Assembly (NCBI RefSeq): GCF_001194135.2
Contig: NC_068999.1
Location: 32,392,693 to 32,456,692 of the forward strand
Length of the DNA: 64,000 nt
Source of the DNA: Octopus bimaculoides
Lineage: Eukaryota
Direction of reading: 5' to 3'
Shown piece by piece: positions 49,031 through 61,689 of the stretch. How positions within the stretch are numbered: the stretch's first letter is position 1; each line of letters begins with the position of its first letter. A program made the translations under genes and the position numbers. Under the pieces are notes generated by a model. The model saw only the letters and a program-made list of their open reading frames with translations. It was not told where the DNA came from and did not search any database.

Positions 49031-49990
49031 TCTGTGAGCTGGCAGAATTGTTAGCATGCCAGGCAAAATGCATAGCAGTATTTCGTCTGCCACTATGTTC
49101 TGAGTTCTAATTCTGCTGAAGTCGACTTTACCTTTCATCTTTTCAGAGGTCAGTAGATTATGTACCAGTGAAACACTGGGGTTGATTAGATCAACTAGTC
49201 CCCTCCCCTAAAATTTCAGGCCTTGTGCCTAAATAGAAAGGATTATTATTATTAAGGCAGAATTGTTGGTGTGTTGGGACAAAATGCTTAGTGGCATTTT
49301 ATCTGTCTTTATGTTCAGAGTTTAAATTCTGGTGAGGTCAACTTTGCCATTCATCCTTTCAGGGTCAGTGAAATAAATACCAGTTGAGCTCTGGGGTCAG
49401 TATTATTGACTAAACCCATCACCCCCTCACTCTCCAAAACTGTAGGCCTTAAGCCTATAGCGGAAAGGATTATTATTAAATAAAGTGACAAATTGTCTGA
49501 CAGTATTTACCCTTTAAGTTCCAAGTTCAAATTTTGCTAGAGCAGACTTTGCTATTCATCCATAATGAAGTTGATGAAGTAGAACTTGTAATTCATATCT
49601 GGTAAATTCATCATTGTAGTAAATACATTGCTTGTACTTTTGTCACAGGTACTGCACAGTAGTGGGACTGAACCTGAAACTACTTGGTTGCAAAACGAAC
49701 TCTGTAATCACACAGCCATACCTGTACCTAAACATTGCTAAACATTATTTAATAGTCTTATTCACCTGTAGGGCAGTGAGCTCACAGAATCGTTAGCATG
49801 TTGGGCAGAATTCTTAGTGGCATTTCGTCTGTCATTACATTTTGAGTTCAAATGCTGCTGAGGTTCACTTTGCCTTTCATACTTTTGAGGCTGGTAAAGT
49901 AAGTAGCAGTTGGACATTGGGGCTGATGTAATCTACTTACTCCTAACCCTGAAATTGCAGGCATTGTGCCAAAATTTGAAACCAGTATTT
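49030..49990 (+). mobile_element. SINE B copies (49030, 49255, 49500 partial, 49770) and a SINE A head (-, 49630-49725)
   Basis: Family motifs as above. Confidence 0.8.
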
Positions 49991-51264
49991 TTATTCATCA
50001 AGTAAATGATTCCTTGATTATGTGATTCTTCCTCCTCCCACTTCCTGACCAAAAGCATACACATCTTACACACACATTACACATATAATGCACATACACA
50101 AGCACAAAAGTTGACCCATTAGATTTAGTAGTCTTTGATACCTTGTGTAAATATCAGACAAGGTGGCCTTGTGTGAAACACACACTTTTGATAAATCTAC
50201 TTGTAACACATACACATGCGCACACAATTAGAGATTTATAACAGAGTTGTTATTCAGTCAGAACACATTTTTCATGAATTCTTGTAAAGTGCAATGACCT
50301 GGAATCTATTCTTTTTATGTTGTTTGTTTTTTCTATCATTGTAGCCAGGATCCCAATTTTAGTCACGGTNNNNNNNNNNNNNNNNNNNNNNNNNNNNNNN
50401 NNNNNNNNNNNNNNNNNNNNNNNNNNNNNNNNNNNNNNNNNNNNNNNNNNNNNNNNNNNNNNNNNNNNNTGATTTCATTTTTAAATAATTAGTATAATTT
50501 AATTAGACTGTATGCTGTTGCTCTTTTCTTGAGACTCCAGTAAATTTCAGAAGTTTTAATATAGAAATTAAAATATGTTCTTATTTCTTCAATTTTGCAT
50601 CTCATGTTCCTAATTTAGTACCTCTTGTTAACATTAATTATTTCCATAAATTCTCTTGAAGTTTACATTTAGTCTCTTGTAAGAAAATACATTAGAAACC
50701 TCTTAGCTTATCTTTTAAAATTTCATTGATAGATTCTTCATGTTTCATTGATAGATTCTTCATTTAGAATTGCTAGAAAATAATATTTCATTTGTAATTT
50801 TTTATATTTCTGTTACTGTTTTTTCTTCTTTTTGTTTTGCCTTTCCAAGCAATTTATTTGTTGAATCATATCAAGTGAACATTTGTAATTGTTTAGATAT
50901 GCACCATCTATATTATAATTATCCTAATAACTGTCATCATTAACATTCTTCAATGGATTTTACTTTACTTTTCTAGGTTGGCTTTTTGATTAAACTCTGT
51001 TGTATAGAAAGTGACATGTCAATTCTGTTCTTCATTTCTCTCTAAGGCTTAAACCATCTTGCAACCTGCATTTTAGTAGTGAAATTATTGTCAAATTCAC
51101 AAAATGGTCCTTTATGCCTACAAAGATATTGTCCTTTCTTTCTGTGGTCTATAACGTCAGTTATGTGATTTTCTCTTTTAGAGTTGTTATTGTTTAACAC
51201 CAGGTTATGTTTTAGCCGTGATCATTCCATATATTTTTTTCAAATTTAGTGTATTCTTTTATTC

Positions 51265-51650
51265 TTTTACTTGTTTCAGTCATTTGACTGCTGCCATGCT
51301 GGAGCTCCACTTTAAAGGGTTTTAGTCAATGAAATTGAATCCCAGACTTATACTTTGTAAGCCTAGTACTTTTTCTATCAGTTCTTTTGCCAAACCGCTA
51401 AGTTACAGGACATAACCACAACAGCATCGGTTGTCAAGCGATGGTAGGGGGACAGATACCTACACACGCACACACATATATGATCTTCATTCAGTTTCCA
51501 TCTACCAAATCCACTCTCAAGGTTTTTAGTCAGTCTGAGGCTACAACAGAAGACACTTGCTCAAAGTGTCACTCATTAGGACTGAGCCCAGTACCATGTG
51601 GATGGGATTGGGAAGAAAGCTTCTTACACAGCCATTCATACACATACACA
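51265..51650 (-). mobile_element. SINE family A, near full length
   Basis: Reads cttttacttgtttcagtcatttgactg...ggttgtcaagcgatgg...gaagacacttg...ggactgagcccagtaccatgtgg. Confidence 0.8.
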
Positions 51651-51961
51651 GTCACAATTTTATTTTCCAAAATCTTAATTTTGTTTTGTTAGACCATAAG
51701 GTGTCATTTGAGAGAGATTTAACTACTATTTCTGGTAGGTCTAGTAAACATATGAAGAGATGCTCAGTTTTACATTAGTCTAAAACAGTGGTTCTCAACC
51801 ATTTTTTACCATTGGATCCCTTTGTTTACTATTTTATTCTGTGTACCTCACAATGTTTAAAAACTAATATTATAGATACGTCTTTCAAAATGCCTATTTT
51901 GGTATTCACTCATTCACTTGTATAGGTTGAACTATATATATTATGATAATTTGTTTGCGTG

Positions 51962-52014
<53 letters not shown>

Positions 52015-53630
52015 NNNNNNNNNNNNNNNNNNNNNNNNNNNNNNNNNNNNNNNNNNNNNNNNNNNNNNNNNNNNNNNNNNNNNNNNNNNNNNNNNNNNNN
52101 NNNNNNNNNNNNNNNNNNNNNNNNNNNNNNNNNNNNNNNNNNNNNNNNNNNNNNNNNNNNNNNNNNNNNNNNNNNNNNNNNNNNNNNNNNNNNNNNNNNN
52201 NNNNNNNNNNNNNNNNNNNNNNNNNNNNNNNNNNNNNNNNNNNNNNNNNNNNNNNNNNNNNNNNNNNNNNNNNNNNNNNNNNNNNNNNNNNNNNNNNNNN
52301 NNNNNNNNNNNNNNNNNNNNNNNNNNNNNNNNNNNNNNNNNNNNNNNNNNNNNNNNNNNNNNNNNNNNNNNNNNNNNNNNNNNNNNNNNNNNNNNNNNNN
52401 NNNNNNNNNNNNNNNNNNNNNNNNNNNNNNNNNNNNNNNNNNNNNNNNNNNNNNNNNNNNNNNNNNNNNNNNNNNNNNNNNNNNNNNNNNNNNNNNNNNN
52501 NNNNNNNNNNNNNNNNNNNNNNNNNNNNNNNNNNNNNNNNNNNNNNNNNNNNNNNNNNNNNNNNNNNNNNNNNNNNNNNNNNNNNNNNNNNNNNNNNNNN
52601 NNNNNNNNNNNNNNNNNNNNNNNNNNNNNNNNNNNNNNNNNNNNNNNNNNNNNNNNNNNNNNNNNNNNNNNNNNNNNNNNNNNNNNNNNNNNNNNNNNNN
52701 NNNNNNNNNNNNNNNNNNNNNNNNNNNNNNNNNNNNNNNNNNNNNNNNNNNNNNNNNNNNNNNNNNNNNNNNNNNNNNNNNNNNNNNNNNNNNNNNNNNN
52801 NNNNNNNNNNNNNNNNNNNNNNNNNNNNNNNNNNNNNNNNNNNNNNNNNNNNNNNNNNNNNNNNNNNNNNNNNNNNNNNNNNNNNNNNNNNNNNNNNNNN
52901 NNTATGTATGCATGTATATGTATGTATATGTATGCATGTATATGTATATATATGTATGTATGTATATGTATATATATGTATGTATGTATATGTATGCATG
53001 TATATGTATATGTATGTATGTGTATATATGTATATGTATGTATGTGTATATATATGTATGTATATGTATGTGTATATATATGTATGTATATGTATGTATG
53101 TATATATGTGTGTATGTATATGTATGTATGTATATATGTGTGTATATATATGTATGTATATATGTGTGTATATATATGTATGTATATATGTGTGTATATA
53201 TATGTATGTATGTATGTATATATGTATGTATATATATGTATATGTATACATGTGTGTGTGTGTATATATATATAAGAAAATAGGGACAAATAACTTAATG
53301 ATTATAGTTATTAATTACAAATATAGACATAATTTCTGACAGCTGTTTCGATTCAAAATTGTTAAAAGTAATTAAAATAATTAAAGCATTATAAAGTTGA
53401 ATCTTTTCGGAGGTAGAAAGGTATGCTGTTACATTTTCGTTTTTTTATGTATTAAGTGTACAGATTAGATCAGCTAACTGACTATTATTTTATAGAAAAA
53501 CTTGGTATAAACCTTTTTAAGGGGGGCAAGGCAGTATGTTTAGAGAAGTAAGTATTAAAATAATATACATTGGATGATCATTAAAAGCATAAAGAGGAGA
53601 AAAATACAGTAATAAACCCTATATTTAAGT

Positions 53631-54624
53631 ATCAATTTAATATAAGGTTAAATATAAGTGTGACCATCGACAATTTAATTTTCAAAAAATTATGAAGAAA
53701 ATAAAATGAAAACTAATATAACACTTATAAAATATTTGTGTGTATATTTAAGAATATTTTTGCGCATCAGTATTTTGAAACAGAAATAATTAATTATTAA
53801 CCTATTGTAAAACAGTAAATATTGACTTTCAGTCCTATAGTACTAAGAAAATAACATACACAGAAAAATTTTTATAAGAAAAATATCTTTTATTTCAACT
53901 GTGCTAACACTGAATAATATTATAATTAATTTTATGAATTATACTATAGTCATTATTTATTATCCATAGTAATGTGTATGTTACACATTTGATCAAACGT
54001 TATTTAGTTTTTTTTATAAAAGGAAATAAACTCATGTGAACACTTTATGTGTCGGTATCAATACATTTGAAAGAAATAGAAGAACTGCAAACACATATTA
54101 TACTATAAATTTACTGAACATTTTATTTGAGATGTTTAGTATATTTATATTATGATAATTTGTTTGCGGTTCTTCTATTTCTTTCAAACATCATCATACT
54201 TACACATAATGTGTTTACTTGAGTATGTTTCCTTTTATGAAAACTAAGTAACTTTTGATTGAATTCTTAACGTACACATTACTTTGGATAATAGATAATG
54301 ACTACAGTATAATTTATAAAATTAGTTATAATATTATTCAGTGTTGGTGTAGTTGAGATAAAAGATATTTTTCTTAGAAAATTTTTTTGTGTATATTGTA
54401 ATTTTATTAGTGGTATAGAACTGAAAGTCAATATTTGCTGTTTTACAATAGATTAATAACAAATTATTTCTGTTTTAAAAATACTAACTTGCAGAAATAT
54501 ACTTAAATTAATATTCTTAAATATACACACACATTTTATAACTGTTATATTAGGCTATTTTATTTTATTCATTATTTTTTTTCAATTAAATTATGAACAC
54601 TTACAAACGTAAACATATATTGAT
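53631..54624. repeat. ~1-kb imperfect palindrome (foldback element or inverted duplication)
   Basis: Arms of about 450 bp around a loop of about 40 bp (about 54106-54145). For example, tttgaaagaaatagaagaac at 54067 pairs with gttcttctatttctttcaaa at 54169, and aaatattgactttcag pairs with ctgaaagtcaatattt. Identity is roughly 80-85% by eye. Confidence 0.85.
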
Positions 54625-57036
54625 TCAGTCTGTTTTGCAATTTTAAATTTCTCATGTGATTTTCGTCCGTTACCCTGATGACATTCTTATCCCAAAATAT
54701 TTCCATAATATGAATTTTATCCATCTGTTGTTGGTTTTGAGTTTGAATCAAAACAATTGTAAGGATTGTTTTTATATTTATTCTTATATTTTTGTAATAA
54801 TAATATAATATTATGTTAATAAATTAGCATATGTCAATTTGAACACTCCATTTTCCTTTTAACCAGTGAAAATTGGATGTTTTACATCCCTATAAGAGAA
54901 GCTCATTTCCTTGCATTGGATATGTATGTCCCTTGCCTGCTGCAGATAGGGTTGGACAGTTGTCATAATGATGATGCTATTGAAGCAGAAATGCATTTCT
55001 ATGACTGTTCCCTTAACTCTAGACAATAAACAGTAAGCTTTTTTTTTTTTTTTTTTCATAAATAACATGTCAGCTTTGGATAATTCTTGATTCTTTAGAT
55101 TGTCTTCCCTTTTCATATGGAGCTGGTCTCATTTGTTATTTAGTAATTGTGACACATCCTCAGGAAGCAGAGATAATTTTAATGAAATCAAGAATTTATG
55201 TTGCTCGTTATTTGATATATCTGTGTTTGTCTGTCTGTCTGTAATGTATGTATGTATGTTATGTATGTATGTGATCATACTCATAATGTATATATAAGCA
55301 ATGAGATCTGAATAAGGTACATGTTGAATACATACTCCCCCTTTTTTGTTTAATTCTTCCCAAAATTTGTTTGGAATCCTATATTTCTAATAATGGTCAT
55401 TATTATTTTGTCCCCAAAATAACCTTTCAAAATTGCAACCTCCATCCCCTCACTGCCAATAATGTTTTGTTTTTCACTTTTTCCCAAAATGTTATGCAAA
55501 TTCTACATAGGAAAATATCAAGTTTTTAAAAAATTTGCCACTTCACTTCTTGATCTTCAAGATACCCACCTCACTCCCCATATCAAACATTCCAGACGTT
55601 TTTAAACTCAACTACTCATTTTTGCATGCGTGGATACTTGTCAAACCAGCAGGCAAAACAAGGAAAACCTTGATGTAAACACGACATGCTAAAAATAACA
55701 GCCCAAGTTCTGAAAACAAATTTTTCCAAATGTTTTTAAAGACATCAGCTTTTTTTTTGCCACAGTGTAAGACAAGTTTTAAATCTTCCAAATCATCTCT
55801 AAAAACCAACATATAAATGCCATTTAAGCCTTTAGGCCAAAACTGTAATTTAATGTGAATTTGTAAAATCAGAAATTCATTGTTTTTCCTAATGGATACA
55901 TCTTCACAGATTCTTATAGACTTGCAATTAGTTCCTGATCCTGACTAAAACCATTCTTTACAAGGCATATTATTTAAATTCAAATTTCAACTTCATTTGC
56001 AATATTTTTAAGCTATCACTTCTGTACTTTTGCAAGTTTGAATTACAAATATTATCTCTCCTGCACCCTTATGTTTCACACACGCACACACCCACATCTA
56101 TGTGTGGATGCATGAGTGCACACACTACTCCAAAACGCACTTGTACATCTTTCCTCTCTCTCTCCACATCATCATCATCAGCATTCTTCAGTGATGGGAG
56201 TATGACTCTATTCAATTTCTATGTTCTAAGGTCGCATTGTGAGCCTATTTTTCACCTAAAAGAATCTTGGCAATAATGTCAGGAGAATGATGCACAGTTG
56301 GGTCTAAGAGCCCTTCTGGTTAACCGGCTTCCTTTTGTCAACATGGTACCCTTTCTCTTCATGATTACCACCAAAGACATCGCGTCCAGCATTGCATTTT
56401 CTCCTCCAGAGCTCATAATCAGATCCATCAACAGTCTGCTAGGTAGTATCAATATTAAAGGTTTTTTTAATGTTCATTTTAATTGATCCTTGTTCCTTTT
56501 TGCGAATCTACCTTCACACACTACACAAACATATACATATATTCAATGCACAGTACACAATGTATCAAGGAAACAATACCCCAAAACCCAGTATTCCTTT
56601 TACTCATGAACATTATTCAGCTCAAAGCAAACATTTAATGTATTCTTCTGAAGGAGGAATACTTTAATGGATAAGATACTGAACTGTCTGTTCTATTCAC
56701 AAGTTATGAGTTCAAATCCACTGCAAGTAATTTGTTTTTCTGAACTTTATTCTACATTGCTTCAGTTCATCTCACTATGGGGAATAGGCATCAGGTCATC
56801 TAGAGGAAGATGCGTAGTGACCCTTAAAAACCTCTTAGAACTTAAGACTCATCTTCATAGCTATTTTCCATAGCCTCTCATAGTTTCTCCATTTTCTTCC
56901 CACTTACTTTTGTTTCTAGTTTTTAACACAAAACCCATCTTCGGTCTTAACAATAATAAAATGGACACCATATTCAAATATTTTTTACATAGTTGGTTTC
57001 TTAACTTTGTTTGAGGCTTAATAAGAAAGACAGTAG

Positions 57037-57596
57037 GGATCTTTTTTAAAACGGGGGCCACATTTTTCATTAACGAAACACTTTGAAACTTGGAACACTG
57101 GTAGAATGTGTCATATAAAACATCTTTTTCTCTTAGTCTTCTTAAAAAAAAAAAGAAATCCCTAAGTTATTCCATGTTAAAGTTGTCGTATTTCTGTAAT
57201 TTCAACCAATCACTGACGTCCATTCAGCCGATATACATTAAGTGCCGACTACATAAACAAACGATTCTGAAACAATTCTATCGGTGATAGGCTTAGGGTT
57301 AGGGTAAAACAGCAAATTTAAAAAGAAAAAAGCAAAACGAAGCTATGGAAATTAAATACGCTTTACACCGCTTAATCAGCCAAAGGAGTAAATGTAAACA
57401 ACTGAATACTTGTCAGTGATTGGTTGAAATTATCGAAATAAGACAATTTTTTACATGAAATAAATTCGAATACAAAAATATTTTTCTGTTCTATAACACA
57501 AAATAGATAAGTATACAAAGTTTGAAAGTCTTTCCGTATCAAAAACACTACGTAAAACATTAATGAAAAATGTGGCCCCCTTTTTAAAAAAGATCC
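57037..57596. mobile_element. 560-bp foldback MITE with 37-bp TIRs and 8-bp TSD (Merlin-like ends)
   Basis: TIRs GGATCTTTTTTAAAACGGGGGCCACATTTTTCATTAA (57037-57073) and 57560-57596 match at 36/37. The TSD GACAGTAG is at 57029-57036 and 57597-57604. An inner inverted repeat lies at 57183-57217 / 57412-57446. Confidence 0.88.
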
Positions 57597-58005
57597 GACA
57601 GTAGTGATGACCTTCTTACTGGGACTCTAAGATTGGTGGGAGAAAGTTATTTTGAGACCTGAGACTTGGTCTAAATTCTTGTAATAGATTAAACACTACT
57701 GCAGTCGTCCAGTACTTGGAATAATATAAACAAAAACTCTCCCATTTGCTTGTGATACGTGATGATTTGACTTTCTTGAAAGCCCCTTTACTGGCTTGCA
57801 ATACTGAATCATGTGGCTTGTATATCTTCTATTATGACTTCCACCAAATCCTTCTCGTTAACTATTTTCAAAGCAGGTCACCTTAGCACAGAACTTCACT
57901 ATCATTGTCCACTTTATTAATAATTGTTGCATCTCTCTACAACTCCAATTCCTCTTTTTCTCTTTTTAATACATTTTTAGCATATCAGAATAATAATTTT
58001 CTTAA

Positions 58006-58221
58006 CCTTTTTGTTACCATATTTCTTTTGAAAAACATTACTTTGTTTCAATTAATTTTTAAAATGAAGAATTTAGTAAAATAATTTTGTCGTTATTAAG
58101 TCGATGTTTGGAATAAATCAATATGAAATTTTGGTGGAAGGCTTTAATTTAGACCACTTTAAAGCGGAAAGTTTGTGTCATAGAACCAGGTGTGCTTTGA
58201 GGCAGGTTGGTGTCAATAAGG
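58006..58221. mobile_element. piggyBac-like MITE (TTAA TSD), second family
   Basis: TTAA|CCTTTTTGTTACCA...TGGTGTCAATAAGG|TTAA. Confidence 0.6.
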
Positions 58222-59118
58222 TTAAACTTTTTTTAAATGTTTATAGATTACATTTATCTGAGATACCATTATTTTAACATTGACTCTCTCCGATGCAGAT
58301 GTTTTAATAACCACCACATCAATGCCTTCAGTCTTGTAAATGTAGAAGAGTGGCATAAGTATAGGAGGCTCTACAAAGGTCATGGTCTCTAACTCCTTCC
58401 CCTTCACTAATTTGTAAAAAAAACAAAAAAACAAAAAACAAAAAAAAAACAACAAATAAAAAAGCCAAACAAACAAAAAGAGCAAAAGACAGTAGTGTTG
58501 TTTAGTGAAATATTTCAAGTTGACCTATGTTCTAAAGAATGTTTGACTGTATGACCAATGTTGTAGGCTATCAATAATTATATTACCAGAGCAGGTACAA
58601 AGTTAGTGTGGTGTAAGCTGACATTAACACAGGTGCATCACTGATTAATAAGACCAGTGAAGCTGCAACAACAACAGCTGCTGCTACTGCCGCTACTACT
58701 ACTTACTACACATTATTGGATTTTTAATGATCTAGTGAAATGAGGTCATCAGAATACTTCCTTTTGTACACAGAAATAGGTTTCATTTTTCTCCTTCTCA
58801 TGTGCATGTATAGGCATATGTGCGTCATAGATACATACACACATGTATACATACATACATACATGCATATATATATATAATTATCTGATGATCAGCAACA
58901 AGAAACTTGAGTAATGATTTGTGAAGTTTCAGCTTCCACTTGTTTAGATTTTTCTCCAGAAAGAGAATACTCAGTACTGGGAAAAAATTCCATATTAAGT
59001 CCTCTATTTTCTTCCTCTTGTTTACACGAGTGTGTGTGTGTGTGTCTATTAGCTACGATGTTGCATAAGTAGCTTTACACACACACACACACATGTATGT
59101 GTGTATGTATATATAAAG

Positions 59119-59722
59119 CTTTTATCTTTTACTTGTTTCAGTCATTAGACTGTGGCCATGCTGGGACACTACTTTGAATTTTTAGTTGAATGAATCGACC
59201 CCCCAGGATTTCATTTTTAAGCCTGGTTCTTATTCCATCAATCTCTTTTGCCGAATTACTGTTACAGGAACATAAACAGACCAACACCGGTTGTCAAGTG
59301 GTGATTGGGGCACAAAGACAGACACCAGATCCATTTACAAGGCTTTGGTTAGCCCGAGGCTATAGTAGAAGACACTTGCCCAAGGTGCCACACAGTGGGA
59401 CAAAACCCAGAACCATGTGGCTGGGAAGCAAGCTTCTTATCACACAGCCATCTCTGTGTGTAGTGGCTGTGTGGTAAGAAGCTTGCTTCCCGACCACATG
59501 GTTCCTGGTTCAGTCCCACAGCATGGCACCTTGTCTTCTACTATAGCCTTGGGCCAACCAAAACCTCATGAGTGGATTTACGTCCCTGTAACTTAGCAGT
59601 TCGGCAAAATATACCGATAGAATAAGTACTAGGCTTACTAAGAATAAGTCCTGTGATAGATTAGTGACTAAAGGCGGTGCTCCTGCATGGCCGCAGTCAA
59701 ATGAGTGAGACAATTAAAAGAG
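59119..59722. mobile_element. Head-to-head inverted pair of SINE A copies, 13-bp spacer
   Basis: Minus copy 59119-59450, spacer 59451-59463, plus copy 59464-59722. Confidence 0.9.
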
Positions 59723-59760
59723 TACATATATAAAGGTCTGCACCTTTATAGACATATATA

Positions 59761-60012
59761 GTGTTGCTATTATGCGAAAGTATCATAAGTCCATAATGTT
59801 GCATTTTCAGAAAATGAAAAAATAGTTTCGCCATACCATAGCAAAACTGTCGTACTACACTTTGACAATTTTTGATATCTTGGTATTTGAAGCAGTTGGA
59901 GATATGATAGTTTGACCAAAAGAACTGGCTATTGCAAGCAAAAATAAATATTGAAAAAAAAAACATGTTTGGCCAAATTTGGACATACGACAGTTTAACA
60001 TAATAGCAACGG
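59761..60012. mobile_element. MITE with imperfect ~35-bp TIRs in a TA context
   Basis: gttgctattatgcgaaagtatcataagtcca versus tggacatacgacagtttaacataatagcaac, flanked by (TA)n. Confidence 0.6.
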
Positions 60013-60629
60013 TATATATATATTATCTATCTATGTATCTATCTATCTCTTTATATATATATGGTATCTTGGGATGATTTTTTTTTTGTCTAATATGCTA
60101 TATATTTGTTCTTCACTTCATGAAGTGAAGAATGAGTATATAGTGCATGTGGTTATTTAGCAAAAACAAAGAGAAAGAAAGAACATCCTGAAATATAACA
60201 ATATCTGTTTTAACACACAATTTCACATCAGAAATCTTGCAAAACAAATACATAAACATATATATAAAAATCAAAATAAGCAACACTGATTTTAAAGATG
60301 ATTGCAGTACGCACGTTTCATGCTACTCCATTTATTTAAGTAATGCAAGCATTACATTAAATGCAATATGTAGAGCAATCTTCAGCTGCACAAAAATGTA
60401 GAAAAATTACAGTAGAATAGACATCTTATAATTGTGGCAACATTTAAAATCCAAGTGGGAAGAAGAATACATAAAAATCCATCTTGACATAGCCAAGGCT
60501 AGCAGACTAGTAATTAGTTTTAGGTAGAATTCTAACTGTCTCTGATTTTATTGTCTCTTATCTAGTGGTTATAGTATAAGGGGCAATCCCTTATATTCAA
60601 TTTTGAATCTAAATCTAAATCTTATATTC

Positions 60630-60865
60630 CTCATGAGAGGAATCATATGTAGTGTGCAAGAGAGAAGATTGTGCTGGTCATGTGATGCATATGAATGAGG
60701 GCAGCTGCATAAAGAATTGCTGGTTGCTTAAGTAGAAGAGAGGGACCCAAGAAGACATCGGATGAAAGTATGGAGGCTGTGCTGAAGGTGCTGAGCCACA
60801 CAGAGGAGATAACAAAGGACTAAAATAATTGGTGATTTACTGTGCTGGAAAAGACCTATCCAGTA
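60630..60865 (+). mobile_element. Old RTE ORF-end fragment
   Basis: Decayed homolog of 34270-34508 (gtgtgcaagagagaagattgtgctgg...cccaagaagac...gctggaaaagacc). Confidence 0.65.
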
Positions 60866-61689
60866 CAGCCCCTGCACCTATTCTGTGAACTCCATTGAGC
60901 ATTCTTTACACCTCATCCTCCTAACACCTATCCATACATCACTCCTGAAATATGGTACCACTTGGCTGTTGTGATCATTGGCAAATATAATTAACACACA
61001 TTGCGTCCCCAATTTTTTTACTCTACCAGTTACCTCCTCCTCACCTGGAACCATCTCTTATTACCATCCATTCCTTATTTTCTTCAGTTTTCCCTACACT
61101 ATTTTTCATCTATCATCCCCTTTCTATGCCCTTAGTTATTTCTCTCTACTCTGAGATACATCTTAGGCCATCATTACCATCTCATATCGGTTATCATTCT
61201 CAACTCCCTCTCATATCCACCATTGATGCCCCTCTCCTTTTAGTTGCTCCACTCATTATGACCTTTTAACTCTCTTACTTCAGCTCACCTCCATACTGAT
61301 ATTTCCATCAACTGCACCACCACCCTTGTTCATCACTCACTACATTCAGATCTAATCCCATTTCTCACTCTTATGAAATTACCCACCATTCCCCCCCTCT
61401 CCTGATCCACTGTCCATATTCTCACTTATACTCACTTTCTTGAGAGTTCACTCTTGCTCCTTGTCACCACGATCTTTATCTTCTTTGTGGTTACTCCCAC
61501 TTTATATAATGTTGGGTAGCCATGTAATTCCTGTATGGTAAAACACCTGTGCTTGTCTCTCTCTCTCATACATTAGCATCTCAATATCTGTGATAAAGCT
61601 ACCTTCCCTTCTCTCATGTATATTTCCCACTCATGCAAAGGGGCTTTTCCTTTTTCTTTTATAGTCTTGGAAGTTACTTGGCCACCTCA

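Noticed and set aside
37265-49990. Regularly spaced ~220-bp repeats that could suggest a CRISPR-like or satellite array
   Set aside because: The units are diverged tRNA-derived SINEs with A/B boxes and (ATT)n tails. There is no short repeat-spacer structure and no cas genes.
50344-50369. Acceptor-like tcattgtag| immediately before a 100-N gap
   Set aside because: The visible 26 nt do not encode the expected Dlg exon 2 start in phase 1.
58884-58910. CTGATGA...GAAAC at 58885
   Set aside because: The intervening bases cannot form stem II.
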